DNA from: Bispira polyomma
Taxonomy: Eukaryota
Reading direction: 5' to 3'
DNA: 49,227 bases
NCBI GenBank assembly: GCA_965649765.1
Contig: OZ287750.1
Location: 79,112,001-79,161,227 of the forward strand
Positions 1-10,638 of the stretch are shown one piece after another (position 1 is the stretch's first letter; each line of letters opens with the position of its first letter). A program made the translations under genes and the position numbers. Below the pieces are notes generated by a model. That model was not told the origin of the DNA, ran no database searches, and was given only the letters and a program-made list of their open reading frames with translations.

Positions 1-645
1 GTGAAATTTAGATTTTTTGATTTAAGCCATTAACGTGCATGACCATTTAAGCACATCCCCACCTAATTACTGCCCCCCTCCCCCCCCCCCCCTTCCCATT
101 GTGGCACAGGAATGTTCTGTCTGTGTATATACTTGAATTTTACAAATCAAATGGTAACACATTGTGCAGTGAAATCCACGTTTTAGTGGTGATTTGTTTG
201 AAGACTACATAAACATCTATCGGTAAGCACACTATAGTAGTTAGTGTAGTTGATTTGATGGCGAGATCATGGTAATCTAAGACTACAGTCTTTATTCCCT
301 CTATAAACGGTCCCCTACATGTAGTGTGGTAAAGGCCCCAGGTTTCTCAATAATAATGACAAAGTAAAAGAAGAAAGCAATTTTGTAACTGCAATGTGTG
401 CTTAAATGGTCATTATAAGAATAAAAAACATCCACTAATATCCACTTTATGTGCCAAATTATTAAACTAAAGCTTTATCTCCAAGACTTTTAAAAAACAG
501 TCTATAAAGTGACATAACAAAAATAATGGCCATCATTTCACTTTGACCTATAAAGACGAAATGATGATTGAAAGTAGTAAAAAAATAGTAGGAAAATGTT
601 TAAGTCCTGGAGAAAATTTATGTTAGAGAAAATGAGAATGCTCAC

Positions 646-755
646 CCCAAGCGTAACATATTTCTCTATAAGATGCATTTCACTCTTGAAATCTGTTACT
701 ACGGTTACTGTTACTTCACCATCAATGCCTCCAAAATTAATGGATTCCTTAGCTC
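646..755 (-). CDS. Internal coding exon (110 nt, phase 1 to 0) of an uncharacterised cysteine-rich secreted/membrane protein gene; the gene continues beyond the left edge
   Basis: Minus strand: acceptor tttaatgtttcag| then GA GCT AAG GAA...ACG CTT GGG |gtgagc donor. Encodes (G)AKESINFGGIDGEVTVTVVTDFKSEMHLIEKYVTLG. Phase matches the upstream exon 3592-3766. Confidence 0.8.
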
Positions 756-928
756 CTGAAACATTAAAACAGCAAGTACAGGAATTGTACAACTTGTGAA
801 GCCTTACCTTGAACATCAAACCTTATTTTTGTATAGGAAATACACATCTCTTAAATCATTAGAATGTTTAGTTTAGAATGATAACAATTATTGGAACATT
901 ATATTCTGTGGAAGTTAGATTTAAATTA

Positions 929-2262
929 AACTAGAGTACTGCTTTGCAAATGAAAGGAGTACTGCTTTGCAAATGAAAGGAAATTGTTTTTGCAGAGCAA
1001 AAACAAAGCGTCCCAATAAGACATTGAGCAATTTTCTGAAAAAACCCTCTGAGCCCAAAATTCCGCCGATATTGCTCTATCTGGCACCATTTCCAAGATA
1101 AACGCGTTTTTGTATTTAACGCAGAAATTCAAGTTGGCGGCCAAAAATGGCAAGAGAGCGATTTTTTAAAAAATTAAAAAAAAAAAAATATTGCAAATTA
1201 AAGTTGGCGGCCAAAAATGGCGAGAGAGCGATTTTTTAAAAAATTAAAAAAAAAAAAAATATTGCAAATTAAAGTTGGCGGCCAAAAATGGCGAGAGAGC
1301 AATTTTTTAAAAAATTAAAAAACAAAAAAAAATTTAAAAAAAAATTGACTTTTTTGAAAATTTTAGAATTTTTGACTTTTTTGCAAAAATTTGACAGCAA
1401 CCACTGGGTGGATTCTCTTCAAATTTGGCACATGTTTGCAGTAGCCCTTGGGCAAATTTTCAATATAGTGTCATCACATTTCGACCAATCAGAGAAGTCG
1501 CATGACCAAAAATGCGTAAATTTTTCTCCTATATACAAACAAGCGCCCTTACGGGACGCTTAATCAGCCTTCCAATCAGACATTGTGTGATGTTAAATGT
1601 ATTTTGATGGCCGCCAAAAATAGCAAGAGAGTGATTTTTATTTAAAAAAAGCTATTTTTTTAAAAATGGGAAAAAAAAAATTTTTTTTTATAAAAAAGTG
1701 AAAACAAAGAAAATAAAAAAAAAATTAAAAATTTTTTTTTAGTAATTTTTTTAAAAATTTTTGAATTTTGGGAAAAGTTGTGAGACACTGTATATATCCT
1801 TCGACACCAAAATTCAGCCGAAATCGCTCTGTCTCACACTGTTTCCGAGATATTAAGGATTTTTCATTTTCATTGATTTGAAAAATGTTTAACATTTAAT
1901 TAATGGTTAATAAGTCGGCCATTTTGTATCGGATCATTTCCAGAAGTTAATGTTGTCCAGGGATCTATATAAAAAACCTACTTGTCAAATTTCATAAGAA
2001 TAGGTAAAGCGCTTTTCAAGTTATCATCCAGACAAGCACACCCCTTTAAAAAATGTGTTTTTGGTCATGTTACTTCTCTGATTGGTCGAAATGTGATGAC
2101 ACCATAATAATTTTTTTTCCCAGGGCTACTGCATACATGTGCCAATTTTGAAGAGAATCCGCCCAGTGGTTGCTGAGCTATAGCCAATAGCAAAATACGG
2201 GAGCCGGCAGCCCTTTTCACATGAATTTTCTCCTGTATACAAACAATCGTCCCTTGCTTAAA
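929..2262 (-). mobile_element. Non-autonomous Helentron/DINE-1-like (HINE) element, family A; rearranged double copy
   Basis: Left end AACTAG (CTAGTT on the minus strand), stem-loop TTGTTTTTGC-aga-GCAAAAACAA (984-1006), subterminal repeat AAGCGTCCC (1006-1014), terminal hairpin AAGCGCCC-ttac-GGGACGCTT (1541-1561), and a second degenerate terminus at ~2240-2262. Internal ~70-bp repeats at 1130-1330. Homologous to 9622-10446. Confidence 0.75.
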
Positions 2263-2789
2263 TATCACTAATTTACAATTACTGTGGATTTCTCGGGAAT
2301 TTATTTCATACTCTTTCATTTTTTACGATAACAGATTTAACTTTAGTGACTTAGAATAAAAAAATATATTTTGAGTGCATTAATATATGAGTGGACTGGT
2401 ACTATGACCCGACCGGGTATTGTAAAGACATCCATGTGAAATTTGAAGATAGAAGCTTTTTAATAATTACATCTCCTAAAAGATAAATAAACACACATAT
2501 TATGATTGACTTTTCAATTACTGGCTGTCACTTTTGATTATAAACAGACCCAGTAGGGTGAGAAGGAGAGAGGATTACTTAAAAACACTAGACAAGTACA
2601 ATTGAAGGAACCTTTTCTGTTTTCTAGTGTGTGATGGCTCATGTTTACAGTGGCTCAAAATTACTGAAGTGTTGTTATAATAGTGGTCTAATTCCTTTAC
2701 GTAGTGACTTTTAGACACCTAAAAATCAGATATCCCTCTTGTTATCTACCAGAAAGTACAGTACACACAAACAATGACATCAACTAACA

Positions 2790-3240
2790 TTTTCATGGCC
2801 GAGTTGTAGGATTTTTTTTTCAATTGGGATATTTAACGCTCACTCTAGTACCTGTTGAGGTTATATTGGGACGTGTAGTTGGAAACGCTGGATGAAACAT
2901 TGCATACACTAGATCAGGTTCTGCACTGAAACCAGCGGCCCACAGTAAGGAACGACCACCTTTCCCACATAGACATCGACGGGAGTCGAACTCACACCGC
3001 CCAGAGGTGAGAGACTAGTGATTGTGAAGCGCAATGCTTGCTAACCACTAGGCCACCGTGGCCCCTCCTACTTGTTAGAGCATTGGTCTGGTGATCAGGA
3101 GCTTCCCAGTTCGACTGTCACTAATGCTGCGAGGTTCATTTTGATGTTATAACATCCTTTTGCAAGATGCGAACACGCCATTGCCCACAGATGATGACCA
3201 ACGCTATGTTGTAGGACTAGCCCATTCAGAGAACGAGTGC
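2790..3240 (+). mobile_element. Old tRNA-derived SINE remnant interrupted by a young SINE
   Basis: A-box-like TGGCCGAGTTG(T) at ~2796 resumes after the insertion as TTGTTAGAGCATTGG (~3072). B-box-like GTTCGACT at ~3109. Confidence 0.45.
2812..3065 (-). mobile_element. Young tRNA-derived SINE (~250 bp), copy 1
   Basis: Reverse complement of 45687-45933, with A box TGGCCTAGTGG, B box GTTCGACTCC and an A-rich tail. Confidence 0.9.
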
Positions 3241-3254
3241 CTTAGAAGATGATA

Positions 3255-3532
3255 CAGTAGAAACTCGATTATCTGAATAAGTTGGGAGAGCAAGATTTAG
3301 TTTGGATAATAGTAGGTTTGTAAAGTAGATTTGGTGTTTTAGTTCAAAACAGTGACAAACAAATATTTTGGAGAATTTAGAGTATTTTTTTTTTGTAAAA
3401 TCTGATTATTCGGTTAATATAAGTTTGGCTAATAGATATTCTACTGTATGTCAATAGGGCGCTATATAAATGAGTGGTTTTGTAAAATTCAATATTCGGT
3501 TAGTATAATTTTGCATAATAGAGGTTCTACTG
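3255..3532. mobile_element. Tc1/mariner (pogo/Tigger-like) MITE with a duplicated right end
   Basis: TA|CAGTAGAAACTC ... GAGGTTCTACTG|TA, with a second right end at ~3445. Confidence 0.65.
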
Positions 3533-3591
3533 TATATCAATAGGGTACTATGTAAAAGTCTCAATACTAATTATGCAAGACAAAACCTGAC

Positions 3592-3766
3592 CTGGGATTT
3601 CTGTTTCATCATGACTCGAGTTCTGGTTGGCTGTTACAGTGTGAGTGAAGCTGATATTGTCACTGATCTGTTCTATGTACACTGTAAGTTTGGTAGGATC
3701 TTTGCAAGGATTCATCGACAAGCCAAAACAGATGTTCTTTTCATACTTACCTGTCACCAAAGAACC
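3592..3766 (-). CDS. Internal coding exon (175 nt, phase 0 to 1) of the same gene
   Basis: Polypyrimidine acceptor ctctcttatctctctacaatacag| and donor CCAG|gtcagg. Encodes GSLVTGKYEKNICFGLSMNPCKDPTKLTVYIEQISDNISFTHTVTANQNSSHDETEIP(G), with N-glycosylation sequons NIS and NSS. Phases fit both neighbours. Confidence 0.85.
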
Positions 3767-3879
3767 CTGTATTGTAGAGAGATAAGAGAGAAATAGGTTT
3801 TAAAACAAGTAATCAGTGACCGATGAATCGGTCACGTATGCGTTCGCTAACAGTAAGTACATCAGCTGACGAAGTCACT

Positions 3880-4270
3880 AACTTATTCCTGTCAAACTAT
3901 CAACCTATAACTTACAAAAAAAATCATCTGTCTATCTGTGGACCTATCAACCTGTCTACCTAAAAGTAAAATACCTGTCACCCTAATTAACCTATAGGTT
4001 ACAAAAAAAAAATTATGTCTATTTCCCCACCTGTCTACTTAAAAGTAAAATAAACAAAAAAATTATTTGTCAACCTGTAAACTTATTAGTTATAAAAAAT
4101 TAATCTCTTTATCTGTCGACCTGTCAACATAAAAGTAAAATAAAAAACTATTGTCGATCTGTCAACCTATGAGTTACCCCAAAAAATTATCTGTCAACCT
4201 ATAACTTAAAAACCTTGCTTGCTCTCTTATTAATAAAATCTTATCTGTCAACCTGTAACCCTATAAGTTA
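3880..4270 (+). repeat. Degenerate tandem array of CTGTCAACCT(ATAA)/AAAAGTAAAA units
   Basis: Repeated ctgtcaacct and aaaaaattatc motifs. Confidence 0.7.
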
Positions 4271-4419
4271 TTTTTGTGTCACTCCTAATACCCTTGATTA
4301 AGTTAGGATGCTCACCTTAATTTTAATGTTTTTTTACTCATGTATACAGGTCGACAAATCAATTTCTCTTTTTTTTTAATGACAGGTCCATGGGTCTACC
4401 TATAGCTTACAAAAAAAAT

Positions 4420-4920
4420 TATGTGTTAATTTTGACTAGGGCGATTCTGTCAAAATTATAGGTTGGAGACAAAAAAATGCCAATATATTTTCACTAGAGC
4501 GATTTTGTCTCAGTTATAGGTTGAAGAGAAAAAGAACAATTAATTTTGACCAGGGCCATTTTGTCCAAGTTATAGGTTGGAGACAAAACAACAATTAATT
4601 TTGGCCAGGGGGACTTTGTCAAAGTTATAGGTTAGAGACAAAAAAAACACACTTAATTTTGAGCAGGGCGATTTGTCCAAGTTATACATACGAGACATTT
4701 TTTAAATTTTAAACAGAGTGATTTTGTCTAAGATAAAGGTTGGAGACAAGAAAAAAAATTAATTTTGACCAGGGCATTTTAGTTCAAGTTATAGGTTGGA
4801 AAAAACCAAAGAACAATTACTTTTGACCACAGCATTTTTTTTTAAGTTATAGGTTAAAGACAAACAAAAGCAAGAATTTATTTTGAGCTGGGCGATTTTG
4901 ACCAAGTTATAGAATGGAAA
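4420..4920 (+). repeat. Tandem array, ~55-60-bp unit (AATTTTGACCAGGGCGATTTTGTCCAAGTTATAGGTTGGAGACAAAA), about 9 copies
   Basis: The unit recurs roughly once per 60-bp line from 4421 to 4920. Confidence 0.85.
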
Positions 4921-5899
4921 CCAGGTAAATGATCCATTTTTATTGTATTAATAAAAATCGGGACTTTTGAAAAGGTCATCTTTTAAAAACGTGTACAAAA
5001 TAAATTTGATTCCCTTATTGTTGGGTGTATGTGGTCAGTAATAATTTTGAACGATCTTGTGGCAGTAAGTGATAGAATATAAAGACCCAGCTGACTTCCA
5101 GAAACTTGCTGAGATTTCCGTTTTCCGGCAGCTTCAAATTATTCTGTAAAAGTGGACTCTAGAATTTTTTTGGCTTTGTATCACTTGATAGGTGCATTGG
5201 CGTCACTTTAAAAATGTCCGATATAGACCATTCTCGCGAAGATCGTTGGTAACTGTACAATTTACCAAAATGAAGTTGTATATTGGGTCATTTGAAAATG
5301 CATACACATGGTAGACATGTTAATAGAATATCTGGCGTCCTGAGATAGATAGTTATTGACATTTCGCGTATTTACAGCATTATTACCATTTTTGCATCTC
5401 AGCAAGGAAAATGTACATTAGGAAGAGTGAAACTGTATTAATGAAACTTAAATGTCAAGATATACAAGATAATAGAGGTTTGGATAATAGAGGTTGTACT
5501 GCATATTAAACCGTAGAGTAACTGGTGAGTCTGTGGTGACTTTGCACAGTGACAAATACATGTACAATCTTTAATTATTTTTGACCCAACATGTTATATT
5601 CTGAGGTTAACATTTTGCTTATGTCACCGTTTGGCTCAAAAATAAAAACAAGATAAGAATAGAGTGGCCCCTGTGGGCCACATCGTCAGCTGCCATGAAG
5701 GGGAGGGGCTGTAAGTGTGGATAGGTAGTTGTTTGTTGGTGTGACAGGATTGAATTGTGGTGTGTAAAGGACTTTTGTTTTGTTAAAGAGGGCGAAGGCA
5801 AGATTTTAGTTGTGTTGTAAAGTGGGATATGAAGTGATGTTATGTGATGTGATGTTATGAAGTGATGTTAATGATGTTAGTGGATTATGTGGGGAGTGT

Positions 5900-6510
5900 T
5901 TATTGTTCGTCTAAAGTTGAGGTTAACATGTTATGGTCGGAGAAGCTGCAAGAAATGGTTGAGGGGTGTAGTGGGAGGGGTGAGAAGCATAAGTTGATGA
6001 GGGTGCCGTACCAAGATGTTGTGGTAGATTGCTGTTGTGATTGGAAGGTGACATTCATAGGTTGTAGCAATGTTTTATTTTGTGGTGATTGTATATTGAT
6101 GTTGAAATCGCCAAGGACAATGTACCTGTTAGTATTGTAAGACCGAAGGGGGGTTGTATTTGTTGTGTAAATTGTTTATGTCAGGTGTGCTACAGTAATT
6201 TGCAGAGTATATGAGAACAATGACAATTGGAGTAGAAGGTAGTTGTTGTAATTGTACAATCCTGTATTAAAATGTGGGGGTGTTGAAATGATGATGGAAC
6301 AACGCTATGCATGAATTCAGTATATAAATGATTAATCCATGTGGAGGTCTAGTTGTGTGCCGATGATGGGTTTGGTTGTTTCTGATGCATGTAAAGTAGT
6401 CACTGTGGTATGATTGTTGGTCGCTAAGTTGAAGTCTGGATTCACATATGGTAATGATGTCAGCGTCAGTGGAGATGTTAGAGATGTTAAGTTGTGCTGT
6501 AAAGACAGTT
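5900..6510 (-). pseudogene. Degenerate AP-like (EEP-fold) endonuclease at a protein C-terminus, Helentron type
   Basis: Open frame ...YIVLGDFNINIQ...STTTSWYGTLINLCF...SCSFSDHNMLTSTLDEQ* (stop at 5902-5900) contains GDFN, T-x-GT-L-I-(D>N)-L and SDH motifs. Upstream frameshifted remnants include RPPHGLIIYI and PIVIVLIY. Confidence 0.7.
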
Positions 6511-6518
6511 CAAATGAG

Positions 6519-7007
6519 TTATTTTGCGCTGATTGTTTTGGTGGAATAGGTAAACAAATGAGAATTGGTGAGGTTTGAAGTTCCATGTACTTGGATGTCA
6601 GGTAAACAAATGAGTATTGGTGATGTTTGAAGTTCCATGTCCTTAGATGTCAAAGGAACATTCTTGTCTCCTATTGCTGTACTCTGTAATGGTGACTTTA
6701 TGGAACCATCGGTGAATGTAACATCTTTATTCACCTGTATTGAGTGATCTGTGTCTATTTTACAAAAACAATTCCTTGCGTAATGGCCATTAAACCCACA
6801 GACACTACAAATAACATTCAGATCCAGCAGTTGCTCTTTAAATTTACTCACACATTGTATTATGTTGCTCATTGCATGTTTGAAGATACTGGATAAACAG
6901 TATGAACAAAAATAATGTCCACATTTTGTTTTCAGGAATTGACAGTTATTTGTCACGGGCTCTTCCACACAGAATAGATATCCAAATATATCCTTTTGAG
7001 AATCCAT
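6519..7007 (-). pseudogene. ORF with a partial C3HC4 RING finger and a CCHC zinc knuckle, frameshifted by a 52-bp duplication
   Basis: TKCGHYFCSYC (RING core C-x-H-x2-C-x2-C) and CSVCGFNGHYARNC (C-x2-C-x4-H-x4-C). The first and last RING ligands are degenerate. Confidence 0.65.
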
Positions 7008-7111
7008 TGTCTATTACTTAAATGTTGCAACAAAAAGCACTTAATATCAGTTAATAATCTTTGCTTGTTACACCTGTTGTCATGTTTTTACAAAACTTAA
7101 AGATTTGAGTG

Positions 7112-7118
7112 ATTTATA
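7112..7118 (-). promoter_or_regulatory. Candidate TATA box (TATAAAT) ~105 bp upstream of the RING ORF ATG
   Basis: Minus strand ggagggcgctTATAAATcactc. Position is suggestive only, given the AT-rich background. Confidence 0.25.
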
Positions 7119-7195
7119 AGCGCCCTCCTTGGCTGAGAATAGCTATATGTTATATCTTTGTTGTACATATTTTAATAATGAAATAGATGAATTTA

Positions 7196-9120
7196 AACTA
7201 GTGGGGTTATAGATCCCAAAAAGGCGGTTACTCAATAACAATCAGGGATAGGGTCCAGCAACAAATTTCAAGTTGTTTTTTGGAATGGGCCCAAATACAA
7301 TCCCAACCAAGCTATTGACATAGTGCACCTCTACACCAAATTTGGTGATGATAGCTGCAAAACTTTTCCTTTAAATAAGTGGAAACCCTTTTCAAGATGG
7401 CAGTCATGGTGGCCATCTTGTTTTCTTGGAATGGACCAAACTACAATCCCAACCAAGCCATGACATGAAACACCTGCACAACAATTTGTTGATGACAGCT
7501 GCAATACTTTTCCTTTAAATGAGCAAAAACCCTTTTGAAGATGGCTGACAAGGCGGCCAGCTTGTTTTTTGGAATGGGCCCAAATACAATCCCAACCAAG
7601 CTATTGCCAAGCTACGGCTATCCTTGTCTGACCTTGAAGGAGGGGCCTAAGGTCAAACCTGACCACATCAAAAGACTCCCACTCCATAATTTCCTATAGG
7701 TTGGTTTCACATCTCAAAACTGTACGACAATAAAAAGCGAGTTATAAGCACATTTAAGTTTAGCTACCCTCGTATGACCTTAACGGAGGGGCCAAAGGTC
7801 AAATGTAACCACACCAGAAGGCTCCTAGCCCATGATTTCTTATAGGTTGGTTTTACATCTTAAAACTGCAGGACCAATAATAAGCGAGTTATAAGCACTT
7901 TTAAGTTTAGCTACCCTCATCTGACCTTGATGGAGGGGCTGAAGGTCAAATCTGACCACATCAGAAGACTTCCAGCCCATGATTTCCAATAGGTTGGTTT
8001 CACATCTCAAAACTGTAGGACCAATAATAATTGTAGACACTTTTAAGTTTAGCTACCCTCGTCTGACCTTGATTGAAGGGCCCAAGGTGAAATCTGACCA
8101 CATCAGAAGATTCCCAGCCCATGACTACCTATAATTTGGTTTCATATTGCAAACCTCTAGGATTAATAATAAGCGAATTATAAGCACTTTTAAGTTTGGA
8201 TATCCTCATTTGACCTTTAATTAGGGGCCCAATGTCAAACCTGACCAAATTAGAAGATTCCCAGCCCATGATTTCCTATAGGTAGGCTTCACATGCCACA
8301 TAGTTATAAGCACTTTTAAGTTTAACTACCCTCTTCTGGCCTTGACGGAGGTGCCCAAGGTCAAATCTGACCACATCAGAAGATTCCCAGCCCATGATTT
8401 CCTATAGGTAGGCTTCACATGCCACATAGTTTTTAGCACTTTTAAGTTTAACTACCCTCGTCTGGCCTTGATGGAGGTGCCTAAGGTCAAATCTGATCAC
8501 ATCAGAAGATTCCCAGCCCATGATTACCTATAAGTTGGTTTCCCATTGCAAACCTCTAGGACCGATAATAAGCGTGTTATAAGCACTTTTAAGTTTGGCT
8601 ATCTTCATTTGACCTTGAATTAGGGGTCCAATGTCAAACCTGACCACCTCAGAACATTCCCAGCCCATGATTTCCTTTAGGTAGGCTTCACATGCCAAAC
8701 CTCTAGGACCAATAATAAGGGAGATATAGGCACTTTTAAAGTCCGTTACTTTGGGTACTTTGGCACTTCGTAAATGACCTTGAATGAAGAGATTCAAGGT
8801 CAAATGTCTGCATGCTTGTAGAGGACTTATATATCTGTTATACATTTCACCTATGAAGTGATTCAACCTTCTAGTTACGAAAACCAGTCAGTTGAAAAAG
8901 GTAGATAATTTTCAAAGAAATGCCCATGGCGACCACCTTGTTTTTCAGGATGAGGCTAATTTCAGTCGCAAAGAAGCTTACCTCCCAAAATAGAGATCCT
9001 GCAAATTTGGTAAAGCTGGCTGGTCTAGTTTTCTGTAGAGAGTGTTAACGGAGAAAATCTCTCTGTGGCGGCATTGCAAACGCTAAACTAAAGTATCCAC
9101 CGGATCGGTGTATACAATTA
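7196..9120 (-). mobile_element. HINE-like element containing a satellite-like array
   Basis: AACTAG terminus with an imperfect stem-loop at ~7200-7218, terminal hairpin GTATCCACCG-gat-CGGTGTATAC at ~9093-9115, and internal ~145-bp repeats (7270-7620) plus a 147/126-bp array. Confidence 0.6.
7620..8760 (+). repeat. Tandem satellite-like array, about 8 units of 147 bp with 126-bp and 142-bp variants
   Basis: The anchor AAGTTT.GCTA recurs at 7756, 7903, 8045, 8192, 8318, 8444, 8591 and ~8738 (spacings 147, 142, 147, 126, 126, 147, 147). Confidence 0.9.
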
Positions 9121-9129
9121 ATAGGCCTG

Positions 9130-9440
9130 TTACTAATCTAAGCCAATGTTTTATCCAACTATAGAACAGTAAGGAAACCACAAACATCACCATCCACATT
9201 GATAATAGAAGATGGATTAGCTATGACCACAGAAGCCACTAAAGCAACCTCAAACAAACAGTTAAATGAATCTCTTACTAATCAAAGTCCATGTTTAATC
9301 CAATTATACAACAGTTAGGAAACCACATATATCGCCATCCCTATAGACAATAAAAAGTACTAGTAATAGCACACTAAACAAATCTATCACACTTAAATTA
9401 ATCTCTTGGTAATCAAAGCCAATGTTTAATTCAATTACAG
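9130..9440 (+). repeat. Degenerate ~130-146-bp tandem repeat (about 2.3 copies)
   Basis: TACTAATC.AAG.CCA.TGTTT.AT.CAA recurs at ~9131, ~9277 and ~9407. Confidence 0.55.
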
Positions 9441-9621
9441 ATTATTTTTTTTTTATTAAACTGACACTATTCTATGCACAAACACTTTACAAATCACAAA
9501 TGGTATACATAGATTAATAATTTTAGTCACACTTACTTGAATCCTTTTAAAATCTAAATCACAAAAGGTAAATATAATAGCACTTAGCCAAAAGGGCTTA
9601 TAAGTTACAAGCTCATAAATA

Positions 9622-10446
9622 TAACTAGAGTACTGCTTTGCAAATGAAAAGAAATTGTTTTTTTGCACTCTGCGTATACCCTCTTGGCCTAAAATTCGGC
9701 CGAAATCGCTCTGTGTGGTACCGTTTCCGAGATAAACGCACTAAACCGGCAGAAATTCAAATTTCGCTCTGTGTGGTACCGTTTTCGAGATAAATGCACT
9801 AAACCAGCAGAAATTCAAATTGACTGCAAAAAATCGTGAGATTGCGTTGTTTTTTTTTTTAAATTAAAAAAAAAAAAAATTATTAAAAAAAAAAATTTGA
9901 AAAAAAGAAGTTATTGGAAAAAACAAAACATTTTAATTTGAGTGCATGTATATATATGTAAATGTAAAATAAATGTAATATATACCCTGTGGGCTGAAAA
10001 TTCAGCCGAAATCGCTCTAACTTGCACCATTTCCGAGATATTAGGGATTTTCATTTGCATCGTTTTGAAAAATCTTTACGTTTAATTAATCAGCCATTTT
10101 GTATCGGATCACTTCCAAAAAAAGTTAATGTTGTCCAGACATCAATATAAGAAAGCTACTTGCCAAATTTCATGAGAATAGGTAAAGCGCTTTTTAATTT
10201 TTCATCCGGACAAACACAGCCATTTAGAAAACCTGTTTTTGGTCATGTGACTTCTCTGATTGGTGAAAATGTGATGATACCATATTGAAATTTTTTCCCC
10301 AGGGCTACTGCATACATGTGCCAAATTTGAAGAGTGGTTGCTGAGCTATAGCCAATAGAAAAAGGGGAACCGGCAGAGCCAGTGGCCCCTTCCACGTGAA
10401 TTTTCTCCTGTATACAAACAAGCGTCCCTTGCAGGATGTGCTTAAT
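9622..10446 (-). mobile_element. HINE family A, second copy
   Basis: Starts AACTAGAGTACTGCTTTGCAAATGAAA as at 929 and ends CAAACAAGCGTCCCTTGCAGGATGTGCTTAAT. 9990-10430 is colinear with 1790-2260. Confidence 0.8.
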
Positions 10447-10453
10447 ACAAGTA

Positions 10454-10638
10454 CAGTAGAACCTCTATTATTGGACCATCTATTATCCAAGTATTCAATT
10501 TTACGAAATCAATTTCACTCTCCCAAACTTATTTTTTACTATTGTTTTATAATAAATGCCACTTCTATTTTAAGTACCTTCTATTATCCAAACAAATTGT
10601 CACTCTCCTGAGATGTCCGTAAAATAGAGGTTCTACAG
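10454..10638. mobile_element. Tc1/mariner (pogo-like) MITE
   Basis: TA|CAGTAGAACCTCTATT ... AATAGAGGTTCTACAG|TA (one terminal mismatch). Confidence 0.75.

Larger units (their letters stand above)
3804..5400 (-). mobile_element. HINE-like element with internal tandem arrays (right boundary approximate)
   Basis: AACAAG terminus (CTTGTT on the minus strand) followed by a perfect stem-loop GTGACCGAT-ga-ATCGGTCAC (3816-3835). A related terminus lies at ~11758-11800. Internal arrays at 3880-4270 and 4420-4920. Confidence 0.55.
5647..7140 (-). mobile_element. Helentron-like element carrying a decayed RING-CCHC-AP-endonuclease coding region (5' boundary uncertain)
   Basis: 3' terminus CTTGTT into a T-run, preceded by the stem-loop GTGGCCC-ctgt-GGGCCAC (5664-5681). 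The endonuclease stops ~250 bp before this terminus. Confidence 0.6.

Noticed and set aside
3863-5693. CAGCTGACGA / TCGTCAGCTG inverted 10-mer linking two element ends
   Set aside because: Short, partly self-palindromic, and inconsistent with the orientation of the termini, so likely chance.
7620-8760. CRISPR-like array or coding repeat (ORFs 7840-8040 and 8528-8866)
   Set aside because: Units are contiguous with no unique spacers, the context is eukaryotic, and the ORFs are incidental translations of the satellite.
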